A DNA stretch of 64,000 nt, from contig JAEUUL010000028.1 in NCBI GenBank assembly GCA_016787485.1, positions 7,490 through 71,489 of the forward strand, written 5' to 3'. Positions 1 to 9,652 of the stretch are shown here, one piece after another. Positions within the stretch are counted from its first letter, which is position 1. Each line of letters starts with the position of its first letter. The DNA comes from Bacteroidota bacterium. Its GTDB lineage: Bacteria > Bacteroidota > Bacteroidia > NS11-12g > UBA955. A program made the translations under genes and the position numbers. The notes beneath the pieces were generated by a model that was given only the letters and a program-made list of their open reading frames with translations, did no database searches and was not told the DNA's origin.

Positions 1-2025
1 CATATACCAGCGCAGGGCATCGGCCCCGTATTGGTCTACGGTGGCAAACGGGTCTACTGCGTTGCCCAGCCTTTTGCTCATCTTGTTGCCGTTCTTGTCC
101 AGAACAAGTCCGTTTGCAATGACGTTTTTGAAAGCAACCCGATCATACAACAGCACAGAAATGGCGTGCAGTGTAAAGAACCATCCACGGGTCTGGTCTA
201 CTCCTTCGGCTATAAAATCTGCAGGGAAGGAGGCTTCAAATGCTTCTTTGTTCTCAAATGGCCAGTGATGCTGGGCATAGGGCATGGCTCCGCTGTCAAA
301 CCACACATCGATCAGGTCAGGTTCACGGTGCATCACTTGTCCGTCCTGGCTTACAAGTTTGATGTAATCCACAATGGGGCGGTGCAGGTCCAGCTTGTCG
401 GGGTCTATTTCCTGTTCCAGTCCCAACTGGGCATTTGCCTTATGTATTTCTACAACCAGTTCATCCAGACTGCCAATGCATATTTCTTCCGAACCATCTT
501 CTGTGCGCCAGATAGGAAGAGGTGTTCCCCAGTAGCGGCTGCGGCTCAGGTTCCAGTCTACCAGATTTTCCAGCCAGTTGCCAAAACGGCCTTCACCGGT
601 ACTTTTGGGCTTCCAGTTGATGGTTTTGTTCAGTTCTACCAGACGGTCTTTGGCCGCTGTGGTTTTTACAAACCAGCTTTCCAGCGGGTAGTAAAGGATG
701 GGTTTGTCGGTCCGCCAGCAATGGGGGTAGCTGTGCTCGAATTTTTCTACTTTAAAGGCCTTGTTTTCCTGCTTCAGTTTGATGGAAATACGTTCATCCA
801 CATTCAGGTATTTGTCGCGGCCCTGTTTGATTCTTTCTTCCTCACGTTCTTCATCGGAAAGGAACTGTTCTTTTACAAATTCTCCGGCGAAGTCGGTCAC
901 CTCCGCGGTAAACCGGCCTTTGCGATCCACCAGGGTAAGGCTACCCAATCCGTGGATTTGTGCTGTGCGGAAGTCATCTGAACCGAAACTGGGTGCAATA
1001 TGCACAATGCCGGTACCGTCTTCGGTACTTACAAAATCAGCAGTAACCACTACAAAGGCATCACCGGTTTCCGGACGGGCATAGGGCAGCAGCTGCTCAT
1101 ATCGCATTCCCTGCAGGTCGTTGCCTTTGCACGTACTCAGGATTGACCAGGGCAGCACCTTATCGCCCGGCTTCCAGGTGTCGGTTGGCGCATTTTCTCC
1201 CTCCGGCTGAAAGTATTTTCCCATCAGGTCTTTGGCCAGGGTTACTTCCTGTGTTTGGCCTGTGTATGGATTTACTGTGGCAATGCGCACATAATCAATA
1301 TTGGCGCCCACAGCCAGTGCCGTGTTGCTGGGCAGGGTCCATGGTGTGGTGGTCCATGCCAGAAAATAATGGTTGGGGTTTTGCTTGTCCTGAAACTGGG
1401 CTACCACAGTGGTATCCCGCAATGGCTTGTAGGTGCCCGGTTGGTTCAGTTCATGGCTGCTGAGACCGGTGCCTGCTGCCGGGGAGTAAGGTTGTATGGT
1501 GTAACCCTTGTAAAGCAGGTTCTTCTGGTACAGTTGTTTCAGCAGATACCAAAGGGTTTCGATGTAATTGTTTTCGTAAGTGATGTAAGGGTTTTCAAGG
1601 TCTACCCAGAAGCCAATGCGTCGGGTAAGTTCATCCCATTTGTCTTTAAACATCATTACATCCTGCCGGCACTCTCGGTTGTACTCCTCTACGCTTATTT
1701 TGAAACCGATGTCGTCTTTGCGTATACCGAGGCGTTTTTCCACCTGCAGTTCTATAGGCAATCCATGGGTGTCCCAGCCGGCTTTTCGTTCTACACGATA
1801 CCCAGCCAGGGTTTTATACCGGCAGAAAATGTCTTTGATCGCACGGGCCATAACATGATGAATGCCGGGCATTCCGTTGGCACTTGGCGGTCCTTCGTAA
1901 AATGTAAATGACTTGTCTGCAGGACGCTGTTGGATACTGGCCTCAAATATTTCCTGTTCTTCCCAGAATTTCAGGATTTCAGTCTCAATAGCCGGCCAGT
2001 TCAGTTGTTTCAGCGTTGGGTACAT
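1..2025 (-). CDS. ileS: Isoleucine--tRNA ligase, N-terminal about 675 aa. The C-terminus lies beyond the window start.
   Basis: My reverse-strand translation begins MYPTLKQLNW. It has the class-I HIGH-region motif (PSANGMPGIHHVMARAIKD) and a KMSKR motif. There is an in-frame TGA three codons upstream of the ATG. It is not in the ORF track because no stop codon falls within the window. Confidence 0.9.
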   Translation of the reverse strand, partial: MYPTLKQLNWPAIETEILKFWEEQEIFEASIQQRPADKSFTFYEGPPSANGMPGIHHVMARAIKDIFCRYKTLAGYRVERKAGWDTHGLPIELQVEKRLGIRKDDIGFKISVEEYNRECRQDVMMFKDKWDELTRRIGFWVDLENPYITYENNYIETLWYLLKQLYQKNLLYKGYTIQPYSPAAGTGLSSHELNQPGTYKPLRDTTVVAQFQDKQNPNHYFLAWTTTPWTLPSNTALAVGANIDYVRIATVNPYTGQTQEVTLAKDLMGKYFQPEGENAPTDTWKPGDKVLPWSILSTCKGNDLQGMRYEQLLPYARPETGDAFVVVTADFVSTEDGTGIVHIAPSFGSDDFRTAQIHGLGSLTLVDRKGRFTAEVTDFAGEFVKEQFLSDEEREEERIKQGRDKYLNVDERISIKLKQENKAFKVEKFEHSYPHCWRTDKPILYYPLESWFVKTTAAKDRLVELNKTINWKPKSTGEGRFGNWLENLVDWNLSRSRYWGTPLPIWRTEDGSEEICIGSLDELVVEIHKANAQLGLEQEIDPDKLDLHRPIVDYIKLVSQDGQVMHREPDLIDVWFDSGAMPYAQHHWPFENKEAFEASFPADFIAEGVDQTRGWFFTLHAISVLLYDRVAFKNVIANGLVLDKNGNKMSKRLGNAVDPFATVDQYGADALRWYM

Positions 2026-2090
2026 GATGCCTCAAAAAAAATGAAGCGCGAAATTACTGAAAAGCAGGCGGATTGCCTTGGATAAGGGCA

Positions 2091-2128
2091 AAAGAAAAAG
2101 CCATCCTGTAAGATGGCTTTTTCAGTTT
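2091..2128. terminator. Bidirectional hairpin terminator between ileS and the downstream T9SS cargo gene.
   Basis: Stem aaagccatc / gatggcttt with loop ctgtaa, flanked by an A-run on the left and a T-run on the right. Confidence 0.5.
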
Positions 2129-2143
2129 TATTCAGAATGTTTT

Positions 2144-3667
2144 TTATTCTACAATCAGTTTTTGCGTGCTGCTGCCCAATGGGAAGCGGAATTGCACGAG
2201 ATACATACCGGCAGGCAAATCCAGAGATACGCTGCTGTGTGCGCCGCTGATGGCAATCGTTTTCACCACTTTGCCATTGATATCAGTGATGGTGGCCGAC
2301 TGCAAATCGTGGCCTGAGTTGTTATCTATGTTCAGCATATTGCGCGCGGGATTGGGCGACAGTGAAACTTTGTATTTGAGTTTGGCTTCATTGTCAGACA
2401 CACTGGTTTGCAACCCGAGGCAAACGGCTACACGTGGGGCGAAATATCCAACCAGGGTATCGAGGTAGCGCAGTGCACGGGCTTTGCTTACAAATGGGTT
2501 GGATTTGTATCCGTTTTCGTTAACCTCGGTAATTTCAGCTTGTGTGAACAATCCGGATCCTGTGAGATACAAGCGCAGATAATTGGTATCTGCCCACCAT
2601 TCCCATGGGCCGGAACCATTGGCAGCTCCTGCCAGGGGCAGAAGGCCTTCGTAGCCATCGTTCAGGCGGTTGGCCTGCATGGTGAGCAAACCGCTTACTT
2701 TTCCTTTATAGCAATCGTTCAGGTTGAGTTGGTTTACACGCTTCATTACATCATAGCTTCCGCTTACATCCACTACGGTTAGTGGTGGGCTGGTGCCGGG
2801 TACGGTTACAATTCCGTATTTATAGGGGGCAAACGGATCGCTTACTCCCTGTGCACTGATGATGGGCATGCCGCCGGTTTCCAGCCAGCTGGTATCGCCC
2901 AGAGCACCCCCGAAGTTGAAGGCGATTTTGGCATCAGAAGTGTATCCTTTGTGGTTTTCTACAACCAGGGCACCTGTAGTACCGGGGATACGGAATCCCT
3001 GAATGTCACCGAGAAGGGCACTATCCTGCACCATCCATTTGCCAGCTGAGAAATCATAGAATTTGGGAATGCGGATTTCACTCTGCCTGTCCAGTGAAGC
3101 ATAGGCCAGGGTAACATAACCTCCTGTTCCCTGTCCGCCCACGGCGATTTTCGTAGAATCAAGAGACCAGGTGTTGCCACCTTCCTTGATATTGCGCTTG
3201 ATATAGCGGATGGCAGCACTCAAATCCTGCACACCGCGGTAGGCAGCATTGATGATGGTGCCACGGCGCACATTCACGTCTGTAGAAATGGGATTCCAGC
3301 CCAGGCGATAACTCATGGCTGCAACCACATAACCCCTTTGTGCAAATTTTTTGCAAATGGCAACCATGGCACTGTCGTCGCGGGCACCCGTGGGTTGCTT
3401 GTTTTTGTACCGGGGCAGGAAATTGCCGGTGTGCAGCATGATAATCAGAGGACGACCATTGTCTGTGTTCCCTGTTGGGTTATACACATCCATGTAAAAA
3501 CTGTCCAGTTTTGGGCTGCCTGTGAGTACAGACATTGCTTTGCAGTACTGTATGTTTTTTGTAACAGTAATGCCGCTGTTTGCATACATGGAGTCCACGT
3601 ATTTCAGCTGGGCCATTGCCATAGCAGAGGTGAGAAGAGCCCCTGCTGTGAGTAGTAGTTTTTTCAT
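2144..3667 (-). CDS. Secreted protein with a T9SS type-A C-terminal sorting domain. The N-terminal region resembles an alpha/beta-hydrolase but has no GxSxG motif.
   Basis: Signal peptide MKKLLLTAGALLTSAMAMAQ. C-terminus KVSLSPNPARNMLNID...LVQFRFPLGSSTQKLIVE is a typical Por/T9SS type-A CTD. Motifs LIIMLHTGNF and SYRLGWNP resemble the HGGG and YRL motifs of hormone-sensitive-lipase-family hydrolases. The expected nucleophile site reads GGQGTGG, with no serine. Confidence 0.75.
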   Translation of the reverse strand: MKKLLLTAGALLTSAMAMAQLKYVDSMYANSGITVTKNIQYCKAMSVLTGSPKLDSFYMDVYNPTGNTDNGRPLIIMLHTGNFLPRYKNKQPTGARDDSAMVAICKKFAQRGYVVAAMSYRLGWNPISTDVNVRRGTIINAAYRGVQDLSAAIRYIKRNIKEGGNTWSLDSTKIAVGGQGTGGYVTLAYASLDRQSEIRIPKFYDFSAGKWMVQDSALLGDIQGFRIPGTTGALVVENHKGYTSDAKIAFNFGGALGDTSWLETGGMPIISAQGVSDPFAPYKYGIVTVPGTSPPLTVVDVSGSYDVMKRVNQLNLNDCYKGKVSGLLTMQANRLNDGYEGLLPLAGAANGSGPWEWWADTNYLRLYLTGSGLFTQAEITEVNENGYKSNPFVSKARALRYLDTLVGYFAPRVAVCLGLQTSVSDNEAKLKYKVSLSPNPARNMLNIDNNSGHDLQSATITDINGKVVKTIAISGAHSSVSLDLPAGMYLVQFRFPLGSSTQKLIVE

Positions 3668-3713
3668 TGTATAAAAGTATAGGTTTAGGTGTTTTGGGTA
3701 CGAATGTATTGAA

Positions 3714-6554
3714 TTATCTGGAATTTCCGGCAGGTTCCCATGTAATGCTGAAGTAGGCCATGCGTCCGATGCGCGGGCCTCCATAGACCTGAAAAGCCAT
3801 ATTGTTGGTTAGGTTGGATGCACCCAGCTTGAAAGTCGCATCCCATTTGGGTATGCGCTGGTTCAGCTGGAAATCGAGCAGCCAATAAGTGGGTACATCC
3901 CCTGTAAACTGGGGTGAACCTTCGAAACGGTAACCCTGTATCCATTTGAAGTTGAAATTGAAACCACAATTCTGCAGGTGTATGGGTTTGCCCAGCAGGT
4001 GAAGCTTTTTATCCAGATTGGCAGCTCCCAGCATCACGTTGAATTTGTTTGCAGGTGTGTTAAATGCAGGAATCAACGGGTCTTTGCTGCCCATGCGGTC
4101 CAGCACATTCCAACTCCAGTTGCCACCCACCATGAATGATTTGGCAAAAAACCAGGATACCGCGGCTGACAATCCCTGAGTGCTCACAATATCTTTGCTG
4201 TTGCTGGCCACACGGTATGCCTGTGCACTGGTGGGGTAGTTGTTTACGGTATCGATTTTTGCATCCATGACAATACGGTAACCAATGAAATTTCTGTAAA
4301 AACTCAGATAATATCCGGCATCGATCAGCAATTTGTTTTTGAACAAAAAGCCTTTGTAACCCAATTCAACAGTTCTTACACCCTCTGGTTTTATAGGATC
4401 CAGATTGATTCTTTTAGAAATCAGTGTATCATACAATCTTGTATTTAAATAATTGATAAAATCACCTACCTCATATACATTTTTCATCCCGTTGATATTG
4501 CCAAGCAAAATGGCCCTTCCTACGTTGTAGTATAGGTATTGGTCCTGCAGGGTGGGATTCCTGATGGCGGAAGAAAAACTCAGGCGGTAGGTATGGCGCT
4601 TTGTTTTTGAATAAATAACCGATGCTGCCGGCGAGAAAAGAAATGGGAAATTCTGATTTTTATCAACCCTTGCGGTTACATTGATTTTCAGTTTCCTTTT
4701 CCAGTATCGTTTTTCGACCCCGCCATAAATTCCCGCTTCTTTGTTGGTGATGCGTGTGCTTCCGGTATCCAGAAAAATGGTACCATGGGAATAAGGTCGG
4801 TAAATTCTCGCGCTGAAACCCACGGTAAAATTGTATTCTTTCAACGCAAATCTTTTTTCGCCGGTGGCGTGGTACATGGCAGACTGGTCGAAAAACCGGC
4901 TGCCGGTGGGTCCGCCTTCGCGGCTGTAGCTGTAGCGTGAGGTGATGTCCTCTTTGCGTTTGTTGAATTCCGGAGAACCGGGCTCAAATCGTTGCTGTGT
5001 AGAATCCAGACGTCGGTTTCCCTGGTGGTCAAATGGTGTATTGGATTGGGCACGTGCCAGGGCATGCCAGCGCAAAATGCTGTCGCGGTTTTTTTCCAGA
5101 AATACTTCCTGATCTTCAAAAAAATTGGGATTGTATTTTGGAAATCCGGGAATGGGATAACCCAGGGCCGAATAGCCAGGCAAGGCTTTTACTTTGTTAC
5201 TGATAAAAGCACTCCAGTAATTCTGATAGTCTGCATACCAGAAAGCGGAAGGCTTTGCCGCATCCTGCATCAGAAAAGCAGTGAGAACAGCATCATAGGT
5301 ATTTCCGGCATCCTCGTTGGTGGCATAAAACCGCAAGTGTCCTTTGGGACTGATCCACTCCAGCCGGTTCTGAAAAAACAGAATGCCATTCAGGCTGTAG
5401 CGGTTGTCTCCCTGATAAACAGTAGTGCCCGTGCCAAAATTAAATCCATATTGAATTTCATTTTTATGGTTCAATTTGTAAGCAAGTACTACGTTGCTTT
5501 TAAAATTTCTGGTGTTATAGTTGACCAGATCTTTTTCCCAGTATCCGTTGCGGTAAAAGGCACCCAGCCCGGGATCGCGGTAGCGGCTGTCTTTGGATAC
5601 CTGATCGTTGCTGGCAGTGCCAAATACTTCATCTCCGTAGCGGTTTACGGCATCATAGCCTCCGGGATTGCGGATTCCTGCTTTGCTGTCCAGTGTAGGA
5701 TCGGCATTGTCTGCCACCCAATCGTAGGCCCGCAGGTAATTCAGGTTGGCCTTCCACGCAAAAACATCACGGCCTTTTTTATTGCGGTACGATTTGGCAT
5801 AGCGCATCATCAGTTGTCCCAGTTGCCTTTCACCTACTTTTAGCTGGGCGGAAAAACCGGTGTCGGTCCAGGGACTTTTGGTGGTCATTTTAATGACCCC
5901 GTTGAATGCATTGGGGCCATAATAGGCGCTGCTGGCGCCCACAATAATCTCGGTGCTGGCAACATCCAGTTCGCTGCTTCCCAGAAAATTACCCAGAGAA
6001 AAATTCAAGCCGGGTGCCTGATTGTCCACACCGTCTATCAGTTGCAGGCTGCGCACCGGACTGGTACTGTTAAAACCGCGTGTGTTTACAACACGGAAAC
6101 CGAGACTGGCAGCGGTAACGTCTACGCCACGCAAGTGGCCCAGACCTTCATAGAAGTCGCTGGCCGGGGTTTCTTTTATGGCAACGGCGTTCATGCTTTC
6201 TACGGTTACCGGACTCTCACGTATTTTTTCCTTGAGCCGGTTATGCGTAATCGTCGCAGTGCCTATGTCTTTGGAGACGGCATCCAGGTTGATTTCCCAA
6301 AAACCCACCCCCGGCCATGATTGCACAGAGGTAACATATCCCTCTGCAGAGATTTCAAACCGGGTTTGCCCATTGCCTGGCAGGCTGAATTGGCCATTTG
6401 TGTCGGTAGTGGTCTGCGCTGCTCCGCCTATACATTTTACAAGTGCTTTGGCAACCCCGCTTCCGGTAACGGTTTCAGTGATACGGCCCCGTATGGTTTG
6501 TCCGTTTAATCCGTTGAAAATAAATACAAAAACAAAAGGTATTAATCGCTTCAT
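3714..6554 (-). CDS. TonB-dependent outer-membrane receptor, SusC-like, with a carboxypeptidase-regulatory-like N-terminal domain.
   Basis: Start MKRLIPFVFVF. N-terminal GRITE...TDTNGQFSL matches a CarboxypepD_reg domain. A plug region (VTVESMNAVAIKETPASD) is followed by a long beta-barrel of about 945 aa. Confidence 0.88.
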   Translation of the reverse strand: MKRLIPFVFVFIFNGLNGQTIRGRITETVTGSGVAKALVKCIGGAAQTTTDTNGQFSLPGNGQTRFEISAEGYVTSVQSWPGVGFWEINLDAVSKDIGTATITHNRLKEKIRESPVTVESMNAVAIKETPASDFYEGLGHLRGVDVTAASLGFRVVNTRGFNSTSPVRSLQLIDGVDNQAPGLNFSLGNFLGSSELDVASTEIIVGASSAYYGPNAFNGVIKMTTKSPWTDTGFSAQLKVGERQLGQLMMRYAKSYRNKKGRDVFAWKANLNYLRAYDWVADNADPTLDSKAGIRNPGGYDAVNRYGDEVFGTASNDQVSKDSRYRDPGLGAFYRNGYWEKDLVNYNTRNFKSNVVLAYKLNHKNEIQYGFNFGTGTTVYQGDNRYSLNGILFFQNRLEWISPKGHLRFYATNEDAGNTYDAVLTAFLMQDAAKPSAFWYADYQNYWSAFISNKVKALPGYSALGYPIPGFPKYNPNFFEDQEVFLEKNRDSILRWHALARAQSNTPFDHQGNRRLDSTQQRFEPGSPEFNKRKEDITSRYSYSREGGPTGSRFFDQSAMYHATGEKRFALKEYNFTVGFSARIYRPYSHGTIFLDTGSTRITNKEAGIYGGVEKRYWKRKLKINVTARVDKNQNFPFLFSPAASVIYSKTKRHTYRLSFSSAIRNPTLQDQYLYYNVGRAILLGNINGMKNVYEVGDFINYLNTRLYDTLISKRINLDPIKPEGVRTVELGYKGFLFKNKLLIDAGYYLSFYRNFIGYRIVMDAKIDTVNNYPTSAQAYRVASNSKDIVSTQGLSAAVSWFFAKSFMVGGNWSWNVLDRMGSKDPLIPAFNTPANKFNVMLGAANLDKKLHLLGKPIHLQNCGFNFNFKWIQGYRFEGSPQFTGDVPTYWLLDFQLNQRIPKWDATFKLGASNLTNNMAFQVYGGPRIGRMAYFSITWEPAGNSR

Positions 6555-6604
6555 GCAAGGAGGATTGACCTGCAATATAGGAAAAGTCCGAAAAATGGGA
6601 AATT

Positions 6605-7342
6605 TTATGGACTTTGTCTCCGGCGAAAGGCAAGTGCATAAGGTGCCTTCAGATATTCAGAATACCGGGATTCCGGAATAATCCATTCAGCCATGGGACC
6701 GGACAGGTCACAGGATTGGGTGATATTGCAGAGATAGGTCAGCTCCAGTTGTCCTTTTGCAGGGTAAAAAATGAACAGGTTTTCATGCCAGAATCCGGGT
6801 TTGCACAATTGCTTCATGTTTCTCCATCCGTACTGTTCCTGTCGGAAAATGCGGCGGTTTTCTTTTTTATACCTTTTGTTGGCCGCCTTTACACTGTCCT
6901 GCATTCGCTGTATGCCTGTTTCGGTAAACAGATGCTGAACGGGGATGAGATTCCCTGTATGGGGGTCGAAACAAAGACAAATCCGCTGCGGAAAGGGTTC
7001 AAAAGGCAATTCGGAAAACAGGTAAATGGCAAGCAGATCCGGAGTGTTGGCACATACTTCATACGCACAAAAAGACCAGGAATCCACCAGACGCATATTT
7101 GTGTCCAGAAAATCCGGGAAAAGCGTAGAGTCCAGCAGGTAATTGTGCAGGTTCAGTTCACGGTTAATCCGCGCTGTAATACTGTCATTTTCTGCACGTA
7201 CATAAGGGAAACGCAACCGGTTGATGTCTGGCGCAAAAGGGTTGGTTTGCAGGGGAATATCAGAAACCTGCACCTGTGCATTCAGGGCTGAAGTGAGCAG
7301 GACAGTGAGCAGGACAGTGAGCAGAACTATGGCCAGCCGCAT
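6605..7342 (-). CDS. Hypothetical secreted protein.
   Basis: 245-aa ORF whose signal peptide contains LLTVLLTVLLT. No recognisable catalytic motif. Confidence 0.55.
   Translation of the reverse strand: MRLAIVLLTVLLTVLLTSALNAQVQVSDIPLQTNPFAPDINRLRFPYVRAENDSITARINRELNLHNYLLDSTLFPDFLDTNMRLVDSWSFCAYEVCANTPDLLAIYLFSELPFEPFPQRICLCFDPHTGNLIPVQHLFTETGIQRMQDSVKAANKRYKKENRRIFRQEQYGWRNMKQLCKPGFWHENLFIFYPAKGQLELTYLCNITQSCDLSGPMAEWIIPESRYSEYLKAPYALAFRRRQSP
7293..7324. repeat. In-frame 12-bp tandem repeat (gtgagcaggaca x 2.7) inside the signal-peptide coding region.
   Basis: Direct repeat visible in the sequence. It encodes LLTV reiterated on the minus strand. Confidence 0.8.
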
Positions 7343-7443
7343 GGTGCAAGTGTACAAAAGGAAATGGGAAACCTGTACAGGGTGTGAATCATCTGTACAG
7401 CATTATATACAATTTTCAACCCCGTATCTTTGCCGCCCCTTTC

Positions 7444-9489
7444 ATGGTAAACAAAGATATTTTACTGCGGGCCTGGGACATGATGTGCACTTCGCGCGCT
7501 ATGGCCCGGATATACGATGAGAACCGACCCATAACCAAATACGTACACAGCACCAGCAAAGGGCATGAGGCCATTCAGCTGGCTACCGCATGGCACCTGA
7601 AACCCATGGATTATGCCTATCCGTATTACCGGGACGAGAGCATGCTGCTGGGTATGGGTATGCAGCCCTATGAACTGATGCTGCAGCTGCTGGCCAAAGG
7701 AGATGATCCTTTTAGTGGCGGACGCACCTACTATGCACATCCCTCACTGAACCGGGCAGATATGCCTAAAATGCCACATCAGAGCAGTGCCACCGGTATG
7801 CAGGCTATTCCTGCCACCGGTGCAGCCCATGGCATCAAATACCTGGAAGAGCAGGGACTGCTTTCAGGGGTTGAAAAGCCCATTGTGCTCTGCAGTTTGG
7901 GCGATGGCAGCGTTACAGAAGGTGAAATTGCCGAAGCTTTTCAAATGGCGGTATTGAAAGAACTGCCTATTTTGTATCTTGTGCAGGATAACGACTGGGG
8001 CATCAGCGCCAGCGGGGACGAAATGCGCGCCATGGATGCGTTTGAATATGCCATGGGTTTCAAGGGAATGCGACGCATGCGAATCAACGGGTCGGATTTT
8101 GTGCAGTGCTATGAGGATATGGAGAAAGCGGTGCGCTTTGTGCGAGAGAACCGGGCACCCATGCTGGTGCATGTAAAGGTTCCTTTGCTGGGTCACCATA
8201 CCAGCGGGGTGCGAAGTGAATGGTACCGGGATGATCTGGAAGCACAGACCCGACAAGATCCTTTCCCGAAACTGAAGCAAATCCTGCTGGATCTGGCAGA
8301 AACCGAAGCATCACTGGCAGAAATACAGCTAAAGGCCGATGAACGGGCAGCCGCTGATTTTGAGAAGGCGAAAAACGCCCCGGATCCGGCTCCTGAAACT
8401 TTGTTTATGCATGAGTTTGCTCCTACTCCCATAACTGAAGAAACCGGGGTGCGCGAACCAGAAGGCAGGGAGCCGGTGATTATGGTGGATGCTGCCCTAT
8501 ATGCAGTAGATGAAATACTCAAAAAACATCCTGAAGCACTTTTGTATGGGCAGGACGTAGGACGCAGGCTGGGCGGGGTTTTTCGCGAGGCCGCTACCCT
8601 GTGGGGGAAATACGGAGAGAGCCGGGTGTTCAATACGCCTATCCAGGAAGCCTATATCGTCGGAAGCACGGCTGGCATGAGTGCAGTGGGTGTTCGTCCC
8701 ATTGTTGAGATTCAGTTTGCAGACTATATATGGACCGGAGTGAACCAGCTTGTGGTAGAACTGAGTAAAAGCTGTTATCTCACCATGGGTAAATACCCTG
8801 TGGCATCGGTGATTCGTGTACCTACAGGCGCTTACGGAGGCGGTGGGCCTTACCACAGTGGTACTGTGGAAAGCAGCCTGTTGCCGATAAAAGGTATAAA
8901 GATTGCCTATCCCAGTACGGCGGCTGACATGAAAGGCCTGATGAAAAGCGCCTGGTATGATCCGAATCCTGTTGTGATGTTTGAACATAAAGGCATCTAC
9001 TGGAGCAAAATGCCGGGTACCGAAGCGGCCAAAACACCGGAACCTGATGAAGATTATGTGATTCCGTTTGGCAAAGGAAGGGTGGTGCAAGCCGCTTCTG
9101 CCGATGCTTTGGAGAGAGGTGAAACGGCATGTGTAATTACCTATGGCATGGGTGTGTACTGGGCTCTCACTGCCGCAAAGCAATTTCCAGGCAGAATTGA
9201 AATTATTGATTTACGCACCCTGGCGCCGTATGATGAGCAACTGGTATTTGAAACGGTTCGCCGTCACGGAAAAGTGTTGGTACTAACCGAAGAAACCCTG
9301 CGCAATTCCTTTGCTGAAGCACTTGCAGGGCGCATAGCCCAGTCCTGCTTTCAATTTCTTGATGCCCCTGTACAAACCATGGGTTCTGCAAATATTCCGG
9401 CAGTGCCCCTCAATATGGGAATGGAAAGCCTGATGCTGCCCAATGCAGACAAGGTGGCTGCTGCATTGCAGGATTTGCTGGAAGAGTAA
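7444..9489 (+). CDS. Thiamine-diphosphate-dependent 2-oxo-acid dehydrogenase E1 component, with alpha and beta subunits fused.
   Basis: The N-terminal half carries E1-alpha features (YRDESMLLG, GDGSVTEGE). The C-terminal half is transketolase-like E1-beta (VRPIVEIQFADYIWTG). Bacteroidota commonly fuse the two subunits. Start chosen at MVNKDILL. Confidence 0.8.
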   Translation: MVNKDILLRAWDMMCTSRAMARIYDENRPITKYVHSTSKGHEAIQLATAWHLKPMDYAYPYYRDESMLLGMGMQPYELMLQLLAKGDDPFSGGRTYYAHPSLNRADMPKMPHQSSATGMQAIPATGAAHGIKYLEEQGLLSGVEKPIVLCSLGDGSVTEGEIAEAFQMAVLKELPILYLVQDNDWGISASGDEMRAMDAFEYAMGFKGMRRMRINGSDFVQCYEDMEKAVRFVRENRAPMLVHVKVPLLGHHTSGVRSEWYRDDLEAQTRQDPFPKLKQILLDLAETEASLAEIQLKADERAAADFEKAKNAPDPAPETLFMHEFAPTPITEETGVREPEGREPVIMVDAALYAVDEILKKHPEALLYGQDVGRRLGGVFREAATLWGKYGESRVFNTPIQEAYIVGSTAGMSAVGVRPIVEIQFADYIWTGVNQLVVELSKSCYLTMGKYPVASVIRVPTGAYGGGGPYHSGTVESSLLPIKGIKIAYPSTAADMKGLMKSAWYDPNPVVMFEHKGIYWSKMPGTEAAKTPEPDEDYVIPFGKGRVVQAASADALERGETACVITYGMGVYWALTAAKQFPGRIEIIDLRTLAPYDEQLVFETVRRHGKVLVLTEETLRNSFAEALAGRIAQSCFQFLDAPVQTMGSANIPAVPLNMGMESLMLPNADKVAAALQDLLEE

Positions 9490-9554
9490 GTATCTATTTT
9501 ATGATTTGAAGATTAGCAAGGCTGCAGAAATACCTTTTCTATCACAGGGTATCT

Positions 9555-9594
9555 GCTATTGGATTGATTCCTGCCAATCCAATAGAATTATTTT
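9555..9594 (+). terminator. Hairpin terminator downstream of the E1 gene.
   Basis: 11-bp perfect inverted repeat ctattggattg / caatccaatag with loop attcctg, followed by aattatttttt. Confidence 0.5.
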
Positions 9595-9652
9595 TTACAG
9601 GGCTCAATAATTCATTAGAACGAATAAGTATTGTTCATTTTTCTATTGAAAT

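Noticed and set aside
31-1911. Several plus-strand ORFs in the track (31..981, 761..1084, 1143..1463, 1255..1911, 1616..1858).
   Set aside because: They are antisense to a continuous minus-strand reading frame encoding an obvious IleRS (HIGH and KMSKR motifs). Their translations have low complexity and are Cys/Phe-rich with no motifs.
4992-5843. 283-aa plus-strand ORF inside the first TonB-dependent receptor. Similar antisense ORFs lie inside gltX (15214..15909), the DUF2723 gene (18662..19525), the BNR protein (42962..43687), the metallophosphoesterase (45024..45737) and the second giant gene (60740..61453, 59999..60718).
   Set aside because: All are antisense to genes with strong protein signatures and none has a motif. 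They are typical shadow ORFs in a moderately GC-rich genome.
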